From the NCBI RefSeq assembly GCF_000143415.4, contig NW_003314270.1, forward strand, positions 1,853,048-1,917,047: DNA of 64,000 nucleotides. Direction: 5' to 3'. Source of the DNA: Selaginella moellendorffii (Eukaryota > Plantae > Lycopodiophyta). The translations under genes and the position numbers were made by a program. Under the pieces are notes generated by a model. The model was given only the letters and a program-made list of their open reading frames with translations, had not been told where the DNA came from and ran no database searches. Positions 1-12,599 of the stretch are shown in pieces; positions within the stretch are counted from its first letter, which is position 1; every line of letters starts with the position of its first letter.

Positions 1-49
1 GTAAGCGTATAGAGAGGATGTCCCACGCTAAGCTTTACTGTTTTTCCAG

Positions 50-2580
50 CTGCGCAGGTCACTCATACGCCTTGGTCCATTTTACATCAAGGTATATTGT
101 CAGATTTGTGAAGCTGAAACTGAGTTCTTTTCTCTGCCCATCCAGCTTGGTCAGGCTCTGAGTACCAGACCGGACATTCTTCCCAGTGTTTACTGTCACG
201 AACTGTCAAAACTTCAGGTTGGTTTTCTTAGTGCTTCTATTTCCGCAGACGTAACACGGCTTTTCTCAGGACCAAATCCCCCCATTTCCTAGTTCTAAAG
301 CGCTGAAGTTTATTGAGAAGGAACTTGGAGCCCGCACTTCAGAAGTTTTTGCGGAGATTAGCAAAGAACCTCTTGCCGCCGCATCGCTGGGTCAAGTCTA
401 TAAAGGTATTGCATATAAGTTTTTATAACAAGAATCTTTTTTATCATTGTTATAAACAGCCAAATTGTTTTCTGGGGAAACTGTAGCCGTGAAAGTATTG
501 AGACCTGGTGTGCCTGCGCGTCTTGCTCTGGACGCGCGGCTGCTAAATCTTGTTGGCGGCCAGCTGCAACGTTTTACCAGAGCACGGGGCGACGTTGCTG
601 CCGTTGTAAACGAAATGGTAAGGCGTAATTCTTTGAGGCATTTCTTTTTCTGACACGTAGTTTTTAGGTGGCTCATATGCTTGAGGAAACGGATTATCTT
701 AACGAGGCCAAAAATACAGAACGTTTTGCAAGCCTTTATGGCATCGAGCATCCAGGTACCGATTTGTTTGCATTCATGCAAGGGTTAGTTAAAGACTCTA
801 GTCTGTCCTACGTCTAGCTTAGTTCTTGGAATGTGTCAACGACTGAGTCACTTCTTTTCTGTAATGCCAGTCCGAAATTTGTTTCTCAGACGAAGGGCTA
901 CTAACCGGGAAAAGGAGATCGAAGAAAGGATTGGTTAAAGTCCCGAAGATATTTTGGCGTTACACTACCAAGGGTGTGCTCACAATGGAGTGGATTGACG
1001 GTATTAAACTTACTGACAGGGAGAAACTAGAAAAGCTGAACCTCGACGTTCAGGATCTCGTCGACCAGGTTTATATTGCTTTATTTATTTGATATGCTTA
1101 AACTTATTTATTTTATTTACTTTCACCAGGGTGTCTTTTGTTCCCTGAGACAATTGCTCGAAGATGGTTTTTTCCATGCTGATCCTCATCCTGGCAACCT
1201 CGTAGTGACTCACAAGGGGATTCTTGCATACTTTGATTTTGGTATGATGAGTGACTTCCCTAGGCATTACCGCATTGGTCTCATTCGCACGGTATGCTTA
1301 ATATATATTAATGGGTGAATTCTGACGAGGTTGTTGCAGCTTGTACATTTCGTGAATCGAGACTCGGAAGGACTTGCTCAAGATTTTCTGTCACTTGGAT
1401 TTACTCCCCACGGTTCCGACCTGAAGCCTATTGTTCATGCGCTCCGCAAGTCTTTTGGAGATGAGAAGACAAAAGCCCAGCTAGATTTTCAGGTTAGTAC
1501 CCAGTTTCTCGTAAATGCTGTTGTAAAGCAAATTGATTTTGCAGGGCATAATGAGTCAGCTCTCCGATGTTATGTACGAGTTTAACTTTCGCCTGCCTCC
1601 AGAATTCGGACTTGTGATAAGAGCCTTGGGATCTCTTGAAGGAACAGCAACAACTTTGGATCCAGAATTCAGAGTTATCGAGAGTGCATATCCTTTTATT
1701 GTCGGGAGACTTCTTTCAGATCCTGAGCCGGATATGCGACAAATACTGCTGGAGCTTTTGATACGCACCAACGGCACAATACGGTGGCATCGGCTTGAGC
1801 GGCTGGTATGCAATCTTTACAAGATTTATCGGGCATCTGTATGATTCGAAATTTTGTACAGGTTGTAGCCATATCCCAAGACTCTACCCCTACCAAGCAG
1901 TCTAGACTCCAGTCATTTGACATGCGGGCTGTTGCATCCGCAGCCGATGATCTGCTCGCCTACATTCTCTCTGACAAAGGCATACGAGTGCGAATTTTGC
2001 TGGTCAAGGACATCGTGAAGGCTTTGAATGCACTTATCAAAGAAAGCATTCTTGAATTTTACGGGCTGGAAAATCAGCGAAGCAATGTCGTGGAAGAGGC
2101 ACCTGACCAAGACGTACAGCAGGCACCCGAACAAGAAGTACAGCAGGTGGAGAAGACAACTTTTTTTTCTCGAATGAGAAGGTTTCCATGGATTCAAGGC
2201 CAGAAAGTACAAGCTAGGTACAAGAGTGCAGCTCCTGGTGGTCGTCCTAGAAGTACCCGAGCAAATCCTGAGCAAGGGAAAAGCAGCACGACTGTTGAGG
2301 TACGTAGTATCCATGCTAACTCTCTGAAAAAACATTTCGTTGGTTTTGTCAGGGTAAAAACTTGAAAAGTCGGGTCCAGGGAGGGATTCATGCTTTCTGG
2401 GAAGCTGTTAACACCGCCCCTGAAGTGTGGATTCCCTTACTGCTTAAGGTTGCGGCAAATCGTGAAGCACAAAAGCTCTTCGTGACGATTTTACGCGCGA
2501 CGCTTGAGTCATACAACGATCAAACTTCTGAAGCTGGCTTTCTCTTCTTATCGAAAAAGCTACACGAGGATGACAAGTGA
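50..2580 (+). CDS. ABC1/UbiB atypical kinase (ABC1K family), 5'-truncated, multi-exon
   Basis: Spliced exons give [64 protein letters not shown]; GT-AG introns of about 50-60 nt; stop TGA at 2578-2580. Confidence 0.92.
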
Positions 2581-3243
2581 AACGTAGGGGTAAGTAGAAC
2601 TTTTTTTGTTGACGTCGTATACATACAGATTCTTGAGCTGATGAGAAAATAAAGCAAAGTTTCCTTGCGAAATTCACCTCTACGTTGATTGTATTTACTT
2701 CAGACGAAACTTTCTTTGAGGTATTCTCTTTGTCAATCAGAGTCTGAGCAGATAAAACTCGCGAGGATGTTGTCGGTGCGACCTTTCACAGCAAATCGGT
2801 AAAGTCTTTGTTCTATAGGTGCGAATCCTGACTGATCGTTACTCCAGGAAGTCGTGCGAAGTTAAAAGGATCCAAAAAGCTTTCGCAAAGAAGTAGCTGG
2901 AGCGAGCAGAGACACAACATACGTATCTTACAAGTTGGAAAAGGAAGGCCCGGCGCATTCGGCAAAGATTTTGATTTAAAACCACTCACGAATATGGAAG
3001 GTCACAGGTACGCATTTGAATTTAACTCCGGGTAATCTTGACACCGATTTTTGGATTTGCTTGTTCGCGCAGCCTGGGGTTGGAAACCATCGGTGTCACG
3101 CCTTGATGAAAGGTAAGCCATTTACTTTCCAATCAATTCATTCAGCGCTGGTAGTAACGCTGTTCTAGAGATGGCTGGCACGCATCTCACGCCAGGCTGC
3201 TGTTACTAGCATCGCCTATCGCTGCTTGCCAGCATCGCCCAAC

Positions 3244-3270
3244 GCTGCTGCTGCTGCTGCTGCTGCTGCT
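3244..3270. repeat. (GCT)9 microsatellite
   Basis: Directly visible. Confidence 0.9.
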
Positions 3271-4053
3271 CGCTCAGATCATCATCAGTTCATCAAGAAA
3301 TCTGTTTGTTTTTGTTCAAACTCGCGGTTTGGATCCAGGAGCTTTCTCTGCTTGGAAAAAGCTACGCAACGCTACGATCAAGGCGAAAAGAAAAGGAAGC
3401 CATTTATTTTGAGGAACGTCTTTGCAATGATGTGAGCTCGTAGGGGAGGCGAGATTGTGTGTTCGATTCGGTGATAGCGAAAGGAAGCACTGTGGCGGAT
3501 ATTCGTTTGGAGAACCCACTGTTCTCTAAGTGTGTGCGTCAATAAATAGAGCGAGCTTTTGTCATTCGGTATAATGGGAGGCCTCCATTTGATTGTGCGT
3601 AGCGTGATGATGTGGCCGCCAGTATGGCCCAAAAAGTGTTTTTCAAAATGGGCCGTACGGTATGGTGTTTAAATATTTACTGGGAATTCACATGTATAGT
3701 ACTACTTGCGCTAGAACAGTTTTTTCCCTCCTTTGCGCCAGAATAATTTGCGCGGCGAGCGAGCGAGCGAGGGTTTCTTGCGAGGCGCCGCGACGAGTCG
3801 ACGAGGCGCTGCTGCGGCGCCGCCTAGATCCGGTATGTTGTGCTCCCGGGGCTGATCAAGCGGCTCTCTCTTGGCGCTCGGGTAGCTAGAATCTACATTC
3901 TTGAGCGATGTGTTCCTCCGGCTTCTTCGTCTCCCTCCTCTCCGCCCTCGCAATGCTGTTCGCCGGCTTGTTCTTGTCGCTCCACGGCGCCTACGCGGCT
4001 CAGCCAAGATTCACCGTCGTGTGATTCGCGTTTGGCTGGATAGCGCCCCGGCA

Positions 4054-6517
4054 ATGGCCGCATTCTCGCAGCCGGGCCGTGATCTCCAGGACAGGGACGT
4101 CAAGAAGCGAGTGAATCCCATCTACGACGAAGACGAGGAATTCTACCAGTCGGAGTCCTCTGCGAATCTGTCCAGTGACTTCTATGACGATTTGTCGCGG
4201 CCGGGGAAGATGGACACCATTTACGAGTCATTCGAGGAGTTTGTGGATTCGTCCGACGAGAGAAGCAACGGGGCCAGCTCCACGGATTGCACGAGTAGCT
4301 CCGCGCGTGTCTCAGCGGACTCTCCCACCAGCATTTTGCGACGCAGTGTGAGGGCCTGGTCAGTACGTAGTGTTTTCACTTGTTTTTCTGGGCGTTTTAT
4401 TGAGCTTTCCACATGCAGGTGTGATGCTACAGGTTTGCCCACCACCGTTCACGTTGAGATAAAGGAGCGGAGCTTTGGACTACACAAGGTGGGTGATTTG
4501 TTCTTTTCGTAGGACTCTTTTTTGCCTCGAAAGCAACCGATTTTTGTTTTGTGTCGGTCTTTGTAGTTTCCTTTGACATCCAGAAGTGGCTTATTCAAGC
4601 GCTTGCTCTCGGACCAAACTTATGTGAAGCTGGGTGACGACTTTCCAGGGGGCTCCGAGGTTTTCGAGCTGATCGCAAGCTTTTGTTACGGCTCGACTAT
4701 CCACATCGACGTGTCAAATGTTGCGGTTCTGCGGTGCTGTGCCGAGTTGTTGGAGATGACGGAGGAATACCGGAAGGGAAATCTGTCTGGGAGGACTGAA
4801 GACTACTTGACTCAGGTGGTGTTTAAGAGCTGGGTGGATACATTGTCGGTTCTTCAGCAATGCGCGAAGCTAGTGCCGGCGAGGGAAGCATTTCAGATTA
4901 TTAGCCGGGGTATTGACTCTCTGGCAGCTGCCGTTTGCAAGGGCCTTCGACAGGAACGGGTCTCTGTAACGTCAGAGAATGACAGGTGCTCCATGGTCAA
5001 GGACATACTCGAGCTGCCAGTTACTTTCTTTGATAGGCTGGTCAATGGGCTTAGGAAGCAGGGGCTGGACGAGAAGCCGGTTAGCCAGCTGATTTTGGAC
5101 TACATCAAAAGATGGGTTTTGGGAACGAAAGAGGGGACCGATGTTAAAGATGGTGATGTTCACCTTATCGAAGCGACCGTGAGACTGCTGCCTTTGGAGA
5201 GATTTCTGGTACCGATCAAAGTTCTATTGTCTTTGCACGGGTGCGCGTTTGCATGGAATGCGAGCAAGGACTGCAGGTTACAGCTAGAAGCCAGGATTGT
5301 TTCCCAGCTCGAGCTGGCCACTGTCGACGACTTTCTCATGTCATTGAGAACGTCCAAGAACAGCAGAGCTCACATGGACAGCATGCGGCAGATTGTGTCG
5401 GAATTCATGTCGCAGCAGGAAATTCTACTCGACGGTTCGGAAATGCTTCTCACTGAGCGGGAGTTGAGAAGTGCATCTTCGTACAGCTTCTTGGCCGTCT
5501 CAGCAGTCGTGAAGGTTTGGGACGAGTACCTCGCGGAGATTGCAAGCGACCCCGAAGTAGGCCCCAGGACATTTGTGGAACTTACAGAAGCTGTTCCGTC
5601 AAACATACGTCCCAATCATGATCTTCTTTACAGGGCCATCCACGCCTACTTTCAGGTAACGGTTTCTCTTCCTCTTTGCAATGCTGATGCTCTCGTTTTT
5701 CTTACAGTCACATCCGAGTCTGAGTCACGCAGACCGGGTAACCGTATGTCAAGGCCTGAATTGCCAAAAGCTGTCGCGAGAGATCTGCATGCATGCTGTT
5801 CAGAACGAGCTCATGCCCCTGCGGATGATAGTGCAAGCTATGTTTGTCCAACAGCTCGAGTCGAGAGGTGCCGAGCACCTGGACAATCCTCTCAGGCCGG
5901 TGGCCAATGTCGAAAGAAGGACTAACCCGAGCATCCCAAGCCAGGCCTTCGGACGTGAGGCCAGAGACGATGGCCTACCTCTGGGAGTTATCCTGCAAAG
6001 AGATGCGGCTTTCCGGGAGGCGGCATTCCTGAAGGATGATTTCGAGGCGACAAAGGCCAGGCTCAAGGAGCTAGAACAGGAACTGATGCGTATGAAGATG
6101 ACCATGGACGTGGATCGTCCGGCCAGCAATGGCAACCATGGCGGCAGGCCCGCTTTCATGGACGGGAAAGGCAGGAAGAAGCTCGCGGGGAGCTGCATGT
6201 ACCAGGTGTGGGGAGCTCAAACCAGCGGGATCAGGTTCGGGCAGCGCATCACAAAGACGTTTCAGAAGCTGGGATTGGGAAGCTTTTGGAAGCCTAGGCC
6301 GAGCGGGGCTGCGCAGCAGCGGACCAAGGATCACACCAGCGCGGGTGTAGCCGATTGTAAAGTCCGGCAATGGCAGGATGAACAGGATTATGGAAGGCAG
6401 CAACAACAGGAGCTGGAGGCTGGAACTCCGTTGCGAGCTAGCTCTTTCCGCAAGGTGGAAGGAGAGAGATCCAGCGGCGTTCTCCGCCGCCACGCCAGGC
6501 ACCACTCCTTCTCTTGA
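4054..6517 (+). CDS. BTB/POZ-NPH3 domain protein (NRL family)
   Basis: ATG 4054; spliced FGLHK|FPLTSRSG, DFPGGSEVFELIASFCYG, NVAVLRCCAELLEMTE, VVKVWDEYLAEIA, HDLLYRAI, LNCQKLS..CMHAVQNELMPLR and a C-terminal coiled coil. Confidence 0.92.
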
Positions 6518-6636
6518 TCAAGAGATCTCTCACTATCTGTATCTTAATAGTATCGAAGTTCTGAGATTATTTGATAGTTGTTGACTGTTCGACTAGGTCT
6601 TTGACTAAAGGATATGCTGCACCGATTCTTTGCCCT

Positions 6637-6683
6637 ATCCCACATGCCGGGGCGCAGAATGAGGGCACAAGAGCAGTATATAA
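6637..6683 (+). promoter_or_regulatory. Plant snRNA promoter (USE ATCCCACAT at about -70, TATA at about -30) of U1 copy 1
   Basis: ATCCCACATG at 6637, TATATAA at 6677, U1 start at 6707; same layout at copy 2 (12388/12428) and copy 3 (14222/14261). Confidence 0.85.
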
Positions 6684-6706
6684 GATAGGGCCTGAGGAAG
6701 AGATCC

Positions 6707-6867
6707 ATACTTACCTGGACGGGGTCTATTGGTGATCATGAAGGCCAATGGCCTAGGTTCGGCTTTCCCATTGCACTACGGCTTGGCCGGCCTACCATCT
6801 TCCCAAAGTGGAGGAGTGGACGTCGTAATTTGTGGAAGTTGAGGGCTCGCGTACGCGCGGCCCTCTC
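6707..6867 (+). ncRNA. U1: U1 spliceosomal snRNA, copy 1 (canonical)
   Basis: ATACTTACCTGG 5' end, SL1 loop GATCATGAAG, SL2 loop ATTGCAC, Sm site AATTTGTG, terminal GC hairpin GAGGGC..GCCCTC, USE and TATA upstream. Confidence 0.95.
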
Positions 6868-6919
6868 CAAATTCTAAGGCCTATAAGTTGTAACTTCCAG
6901 TAGACCCCCAAGTTGTGAC

Positions 6920-7297
6920 AATGCGGCTCGCTCCTCTCTCTGGAACCGTTGAGCAGGGTGTGTCCAATCGGCTCGGGCTGCCTCGTTGGCTGCTGCATCA
7001 ACATCCCCGCCACTGGCGGCGCATACGCTCCAGAAGGTTTCGAGCCAAATTCTTGCTGGGATACCATGGAAAAGAATTTCTTGTTGCTTCTCTCGTTTCA
7101 GTGAAGCCTTGCTCTTGCTGGAGAGCGGTGCTAATCTCCACAGCCTGTGTGTGTATGTGAAGAGAGAGTAAAGATTTCGGAAACACGCCTTACCTTGCGA
7201 GCGCCTCCCGTCTCAGCCACAATGATGCCATGGACCATATTGAAACGAGAGCTCACTGATGTCCAGGTAGTCATTGTAGTCTCTGAGGGACGCGACA
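6920..7297 (-). pseudogene. MAT1 gene fragment (DNA-level copy with internal deletions)
   Basis: Reverse complement matches about 62940-63510 including intron sequence; multiple deletions and a lost splice acceptor. Confidence 0.85.
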
Positions 7298-7470
7298 CCA
7301 AGCATTGGCACCAAACAAGTTGTGTAATCTGGAACTCCTTCAAATGAAAAGATCATTCCAGGCCCTCCTCCAACTTATAAGGCTGGCTGGATTCAAGGCC
7401 ACAGATTCATTGCGTCAATAAAACGAAAACATGTTAAACGGCACTAAACACTAAACTCTGATTCTTTGTT
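7298..7470 (+). pseudogene. 3' remnant of the SSPIH peptide-precursor gene
   Basis: CACCAAACAAG..CTGGAACTCCTTCAAATGAAAAGATC..CCAGGCCCTC matches about 10890-11075 with stops and deletions. Confidence 0.75.
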
Positions 7471-8599
7471 AGAGAAAAACATAGGGTCACTTACTGAATC
7501 AGTGACGATGGCCGGCCTCCAAATGGAGGGAGAAGTGGAAGAAAGAGCCCGAAGTTACCATGTGATCATGCAAGAAACACAAAAAGTGGATGCCCCTTGG
7601 CATGCTTTGTATCCTTCTTGTAAAATAGTTTCTTGATCACAAGACTATAGAACTTAGGAAAGAGAGAAACCACTTTCTTGCCTTTCAATCTAGTTGTTTA
7701 AGAGCCACGCAAACAAACTTTTGTTCGGTTGCTTCAATCCAGCTTTACAATTCTCCTGCTCATAGATTTTTCTTCTCTAGTTCCTTGTTTCAATCTTGTT
7801 TTTTCCTAAAAAATCCGCGGATCTGCTTTGGAATTCCTTGGTTGCCTGTTCGATCAAGGAAACCTCCTTGACAACCTCCTTGACAGGTGAATCTTATAGG
7901 TATTGTCCAAGGACTTTCCACACGCCCAGAACTCATCACGGCAAAGGTGAAAGGAAAGATCTAAAGCAAAGCATCTTGATCGACTGAAGCTGCTGTTCCT
8001 GCTCTTAACACACAACACTGCTTCTCTAAGATCCGATAGGTCAGTGCTTCTTCTTGTCCATACAAACTTTCACTTTGTTTGTTCTCCACAGATTTCGCTT
8101 GTTCTTAAGTCAGTGCGAGAGCATTGGCTGCAGTAAAAAGAGACTGCAAAAGTAGCCAAAGTTAGCATTTATCCTTAAGCTAATGTATGACTTATTTTGA
8201 ACTCATGGCCTTTGATCATCTGCTCAAACTTCCCGACTTGCTGCTCTTGACTGCAGATCAAAGAGGAGCTGCCACTGCTCGTTCTGATTCTTCTTGCCAA
8301 GGACCACCGTAAGCTCTTGCAGAAGCGAGAAACACTACGGAGCCAGCCAACCTATACAGCACAGCGGCCGTTGTCCTCCAAGTCCTCCGAGTCCTCCAAA
8401 GGTCATCATTCTGGGCCATCTGAGTGACATAGCTTTTAGCCAACCCAGACATCCTCTAACCAAGTAGCCCTTGAATTCAGGACCATCGGCAGCTGATTTT
8501 ATGAGAAGGAACTCATTCTTTTACCGACTTCTGACCCACTCATAAAAAAATGCTCCCTTTTTTATCAACACTGTATAACTAGAAAGATTTCCTTACAGA

Positions 8600-9459
8600 T
8601 CACACTACCTCCAGTTCCATTTTGCTCTGTAAGGGAAAGATCAGACACCAAAAGCAAGGACACGAGAGAAAAGAAAGCATACCAAAGGACCTCCACTTCT
8701 TGCGTTTCTTGCAAGATTGCAGGATCTACAGGCATGGTAATTTCAGGCTCTTCCGGTTCTTCCACTTCTCCCTCGAGGAAGAGCTTCTTCCTCTCGGCCT
8801 CTTGCGCCGCCTTGACCGTGGCATCCTGCTCGGCCTTGAGCTTCTTCATCTCTAGCTCCCGCTGTTGTCGCTCAAACCATGTATCGGCATCGGCCCAAAC
8901 TGCAAAGATAGAATTCCAAATCAACAAGGTAAGACAAATAGCAAAGAAAAATCAAAGAGACAAGAAGAAAAGTAATAGTTTAGAGAAAGAACTGACAAAC
9001 AAAATATCTAGTGGACGAAAGGCAAGAGAAGTAAAACAACTGACTTCGTTTAGGAATGAAGAACTAAAAGAAAAGAAATCTTCAGCAAATCCATATACTC
9101 TATGAAGATGAAATCTAACGCAAAAAAAAAAAAAAAAAAACGAGGAAGAAGGGAAATGGAAGAGAAAACTCACTTGGTTGAGATGCCCAGCCCTGTTCTC
9201 TTCCCTTGATCTTCATGGGCTGCGGGTAATTCACCGTCAACAGTTTGTGAAAGAGCTCCGAGTTGTGCATGTTGTCCATGGCATCGTCCCTTGATCCAGG
9301 GGCATTGTCACGTCCTTGATGTCCCCAAACGGAATGAAACCCCGTGGAGAACCCCCTCGTTCACATTCTCGTTGTCCCAAAATCTTGGAAGAAACAATGC
9401 GATCAAACACACACTAACAGTCGCGCTACCGGCGCCGTCATAGGATTCGGCGCCGCTAT
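8600..9459 (-). pseudogene. Pseudogene of the RRM (CYP33/ATE1-like) gene
   Basis: [19 protein letters not shown] exon retained; ATG mutated to ATA; RNP1 segment deleted relative to the 26256 gene. Confidence 0.85.
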
Positions 9460-9489
9460 TCTCCAAGAAACTTTAGGGTTCGAATGAAT

Positions 9490-10223
9490 GTCAATAAACG
9501 ACCATTCGACACTGCCGCCTAGTGACGTGGAACACCATGCTGACGACATAAGCCTAGAAGGGCCACGTCGATGCCACTGCAAGCTTTTTTCTCAGAATAA
9601 ACGCAACGTTGTGAATGCTCGCGGCATATGCCCAAAATGGGCTCTTGAAAACTCTCAATTCTTGTTTCATACAATGCCACACAAGAACCTCACGATGCTC
9701 TCTGCATATTCACAGTGCTCCCAGGCAAAGAATCTGTTTGACAGCATGGACTCTCTTGACAGGAACGCAATGCTTGGCGCTTACTCCAACCACAGAATGT
9801 CCCAAGAGGCGCTCTCCCTGTTTCACGAGATGCTCCTCACAGTGCCATCACGATGACCGCCACCCTGGTCGCCACAAGTCAACGGGGGAGCCCCGGCAGC
9901 GCCAGCGCCCGGTGAAGGTCAGCGGAATTTGACTTTGGTCTGACCGACTACAGCTGCATGGTCAACGCCATGGGGCAGTGTGGCCACATCCACGACTACA
10001 CATGCCATACGAGCCGGATGGCATGAGTAGCTATCCGCCATCTCTCGCCATGGATCACATTCTACACATGCCATACGAGCCGGACACGCTACTGTGGACG
10101 AGTTTCGTTCGGGCAGCATCGGGGAAAGAAGTAGCGAGAGATGGACTTGACTTACACGAGCTGGAGACTTTCTCCGTTTTGCTCTACAACTTCCATACGT
10201 CGCCTTGTTACTTTCGTTCGTAG
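9490..10223 (+). pseudogene. 3' remnant of the PLS-PPR gene at 34061-36376
   Basis: Frameshifted MLAAYAQNG / MLGAYSNH / HMPYEPDTLLWTSFV with internal deletions and a short duplication. Confidence 0.85.
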
Positions 10224-10547
10224 GCGAGGATTCAAAGTTCAGGAATGTTTTTGTTTCACCGGGAGGGAACGAGATTCTCGTTCAAACGAAACAGCGTGTT
10301 TTTGACGGATGATTTTTCAAAAAATTTCCGAAGGGTAACCGTGTATAAAAGTCATTAATGAAGCTGGGGTATCTCCAAGTGAGAAGAAGCAATCCCATTG
10401 GAACGGGAAGAGCAAAAGCTGCGATCCCATTGGAACTGGAAGTCCAGCAAAAGTTGGAGAGAGCAAGCGATTCCATTTGAACAGGAAGAACAAACGTTGT
10501 CCAGAGTTGGAGGAGATCAAAGCAAAAGCACTCGGAAGTGTCGGATC

Positions 10548-11039
10548 ATGGAAACTCGTCTGATCTTCCAGCTGCTGCTGCTGCTGCTGCTGCTGCTCCT
10601 GGCTGGAGAGATCCACCAGGAACATGTTGGAGCTTCCGCTGCTTCTCTCGTTTCTTCTGCTGATGAAGCAGGAGCACGGCATCATCGTAATCTCTTGCAG
10701 GATTTCACGGTCCAGCTCTCGCAGGCTTACAATCTCGAGATCCCGGTAGCGACAACAGTGCTCAAAGGAAAGAGCTCGCCTATACACCCGGCAGTGAATA
10801 AAGAAATTATACTCCCAGCAGTGATCAAACGGAGGAGCTCGCCTATCCAGCCAGGACCAAAACACATTAGTGCATTCGAAAATGGATCTCCTCCAAGCAT
10901 TGACACCAAACAAGCTGTGAGATCTGGAACTCCTTCAAATGAAAAGATCGTTCCAGGCCCTCGTCCAACTCGTAACACATTTGCAGGCCGGCTGGATTCA
11001 GTGCCATCGTCGCCGATTCACTGCACAAAACCATGTTAA
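10548..11039 (+). CDS. Secreted small-peptide precursor (SSPIH-repeat family), copy A, 163 aa
   Basis: ATG 10548, poly-Leu signal peptide, RHHRNLLQ, repeats KGKSSPIHP and KRRSSPIQP, C-terminus RLDSVPSSPIHCTKPC; intronless; indels relative to paralogs are in frame. Confidence 0.7.
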   Translation: METRLIFQLLLLLLLLLLAGEIHQEHVGASAASLVSSADEAGARHHRNLLQDFTVQLSQAYNLEIPVATTVLKGKSSPIHPAVNKEIILPAVIKRRSSPIQPGPKHISAFENGSPPSIDTKQAVRSGTPSNEKIVPGPRPTRNTFAGRLDSVPSSPIHCTKPC

Positions 11040-11086
11040 ACGCATGATCAACCAAATAAATAAACTCTGATTCTTGACCACAAGAC

Positions 11087-11087
11087 T

Positions 11088-11122
<35 letters not shown>
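11087..11122. repeat. (GA)n microsatellite
   Basis: Directly visible. Confidence 0.9.
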
Positions 11123-11123
<1 letters not shown>

Positions 11124-12456
11124 ACAGTTTCAGAATCAAGAAACTATTTTTTATGTAACGAACAAATCAGATGGTCACTTATGGCGCTGCTCAATCGCCA
11201 CCCTGAAAATGTGCTATGAGTCCGAAGCTACCATGCCTGTAGATACGGTGAGAAACACAAGAAATGGATCTTTTCTCTCGTGTCCTTGCTTCTTATAAAA
11301 TAGTTTCTTGATCACGAGAAGGAAAGATTTCAATTGATTTCTTTAAGAGCCATTTGCTTCAATCCAGTTTTATAAATTCCTATCCCGCTCATAGAGTTTT
11401 GTTCTCTAGTTCCTTGTTTCAATCTTCAAGCTTTTTCCTCAAAAAACCGGGAATCACTGCCTTTGGAATTCCGTTCGATCGAGGAAACCTCCTTAGACAA
11501 CCTCCTTGACTGGTGAATCTTCAGGAAATTGCCCGAGGACTTTAGACGTGCCTAGAACTATACCTTGTATATAAAATAACTCTCAAGGAAGAGCTCATCC
11601 CCGCAAAGGTTGGAAGAAAAGATAGTTCTAAAGCAAAGCGAAGGTAATGGCTCTTGATTGACTGAAGCTGCCGCTGCTGCTCTTGTTCACATCAACACAC
11701 AGCACTGCTTCTCTAAGATCCAATAGATCAGAGTTTGCTTTTTCTCTTCCATACAAACTTTCACATTGTCTGTTCTCCATAGATTTCTGCTGTTCAGTGG
11801 CTGAAGCAGAAGGAGCTAGTCAACCTATACATCCACAACTGCCATATTATATACATATTGCGTGGCACTTGGTCTATTACCAACAAAACAAAATACAAAA
11901 TTTTGCTTGGTATAGTTTGATGCTTGGACCATTAAATGAAGTTTAGGTAGTGTTACATTCTGTTGGTGAAGAAATTCATTGATGGTGGTGCCAAAATTGA
12001 GCTAGGGTTTCGTAAAGGACCACGCCACTTTCATATATTTGAATAAAAATTATTTTTACAAATATTGTGGTACTTTTTTAACTTCTGGCCGGGGGTTCGA
12101 ACCGCGCGCGGGGTGCTCAGATATGGCATCCGCCCGAGCCAATTACATCATATTAAAAGAGTTATGAAGATCGTGGCATTCGACCACTCTTGGGCAAGAT
12201 ACTTGCAGCAACAGTATCAATTGTTGTAAAGGTCACATTAAGTTCTTGCTACTCCTTGGAGAGCTTTGCTCAAATACAAAAGAGAAGATGAGTTTCTCAC
12301 CCGACGACACTCTTCCCTCGTCTCGGTGATCATGACCATTTGACTAGGTCGTTGACTGAAGGATATGCTGCACCGATTCTTTGCCCTATCCCACATGCTG
12401 GGGAATGGAATGAGGACACAAGAGCAGTATATAAGCCAGGGCCTGGGAAGAGAGCC

Positions 12457-12599
12457 ATACTTACCTGGTGTTATGAAGGCCAATGGCCTACCTTCGGCTT
12501 TCCCATCGCACATAGGCTTGGCTGGCCTATCATCCCAAAGTGGAGGACTGGACGTTGTAATTTGTGGAAGTTGAGGGCTCGCGTGCTCGCGGCCCTCTC
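12457..12599 (+). ncRNA. U1: U1 snRNA variant or pseudogene, copy 2 (stem-loop I deleted)
   Basis: ATACTTACCTGG followed by a 14-nt deletion; Sm site, SL4, USE and TATA intact. Confidence 0.85.

Larger units (their letters stand above)
7740..11865. repeat. About 4.1-kb inverted segmental duplicate of about 27420-31620
   Basis: Colinear reverse-complement match across the RRM pseudogene, PPR remnant, peptide gene and flanks. Confidence 0.88.

Noticed and set aside
10390-10485. Spaced ATCCCATTGGAAC repeats as a CRISPR-like array
   Set aside because: Only 2-3 degenerate units with related spacers, eukaryotic context, no cas genes
10398-10547. N-terminal extension of the peptide-precursor ORFs
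   Set aside because: Starts at TTG and differs between copies; the conserved ATG directly precedes the signal peptide
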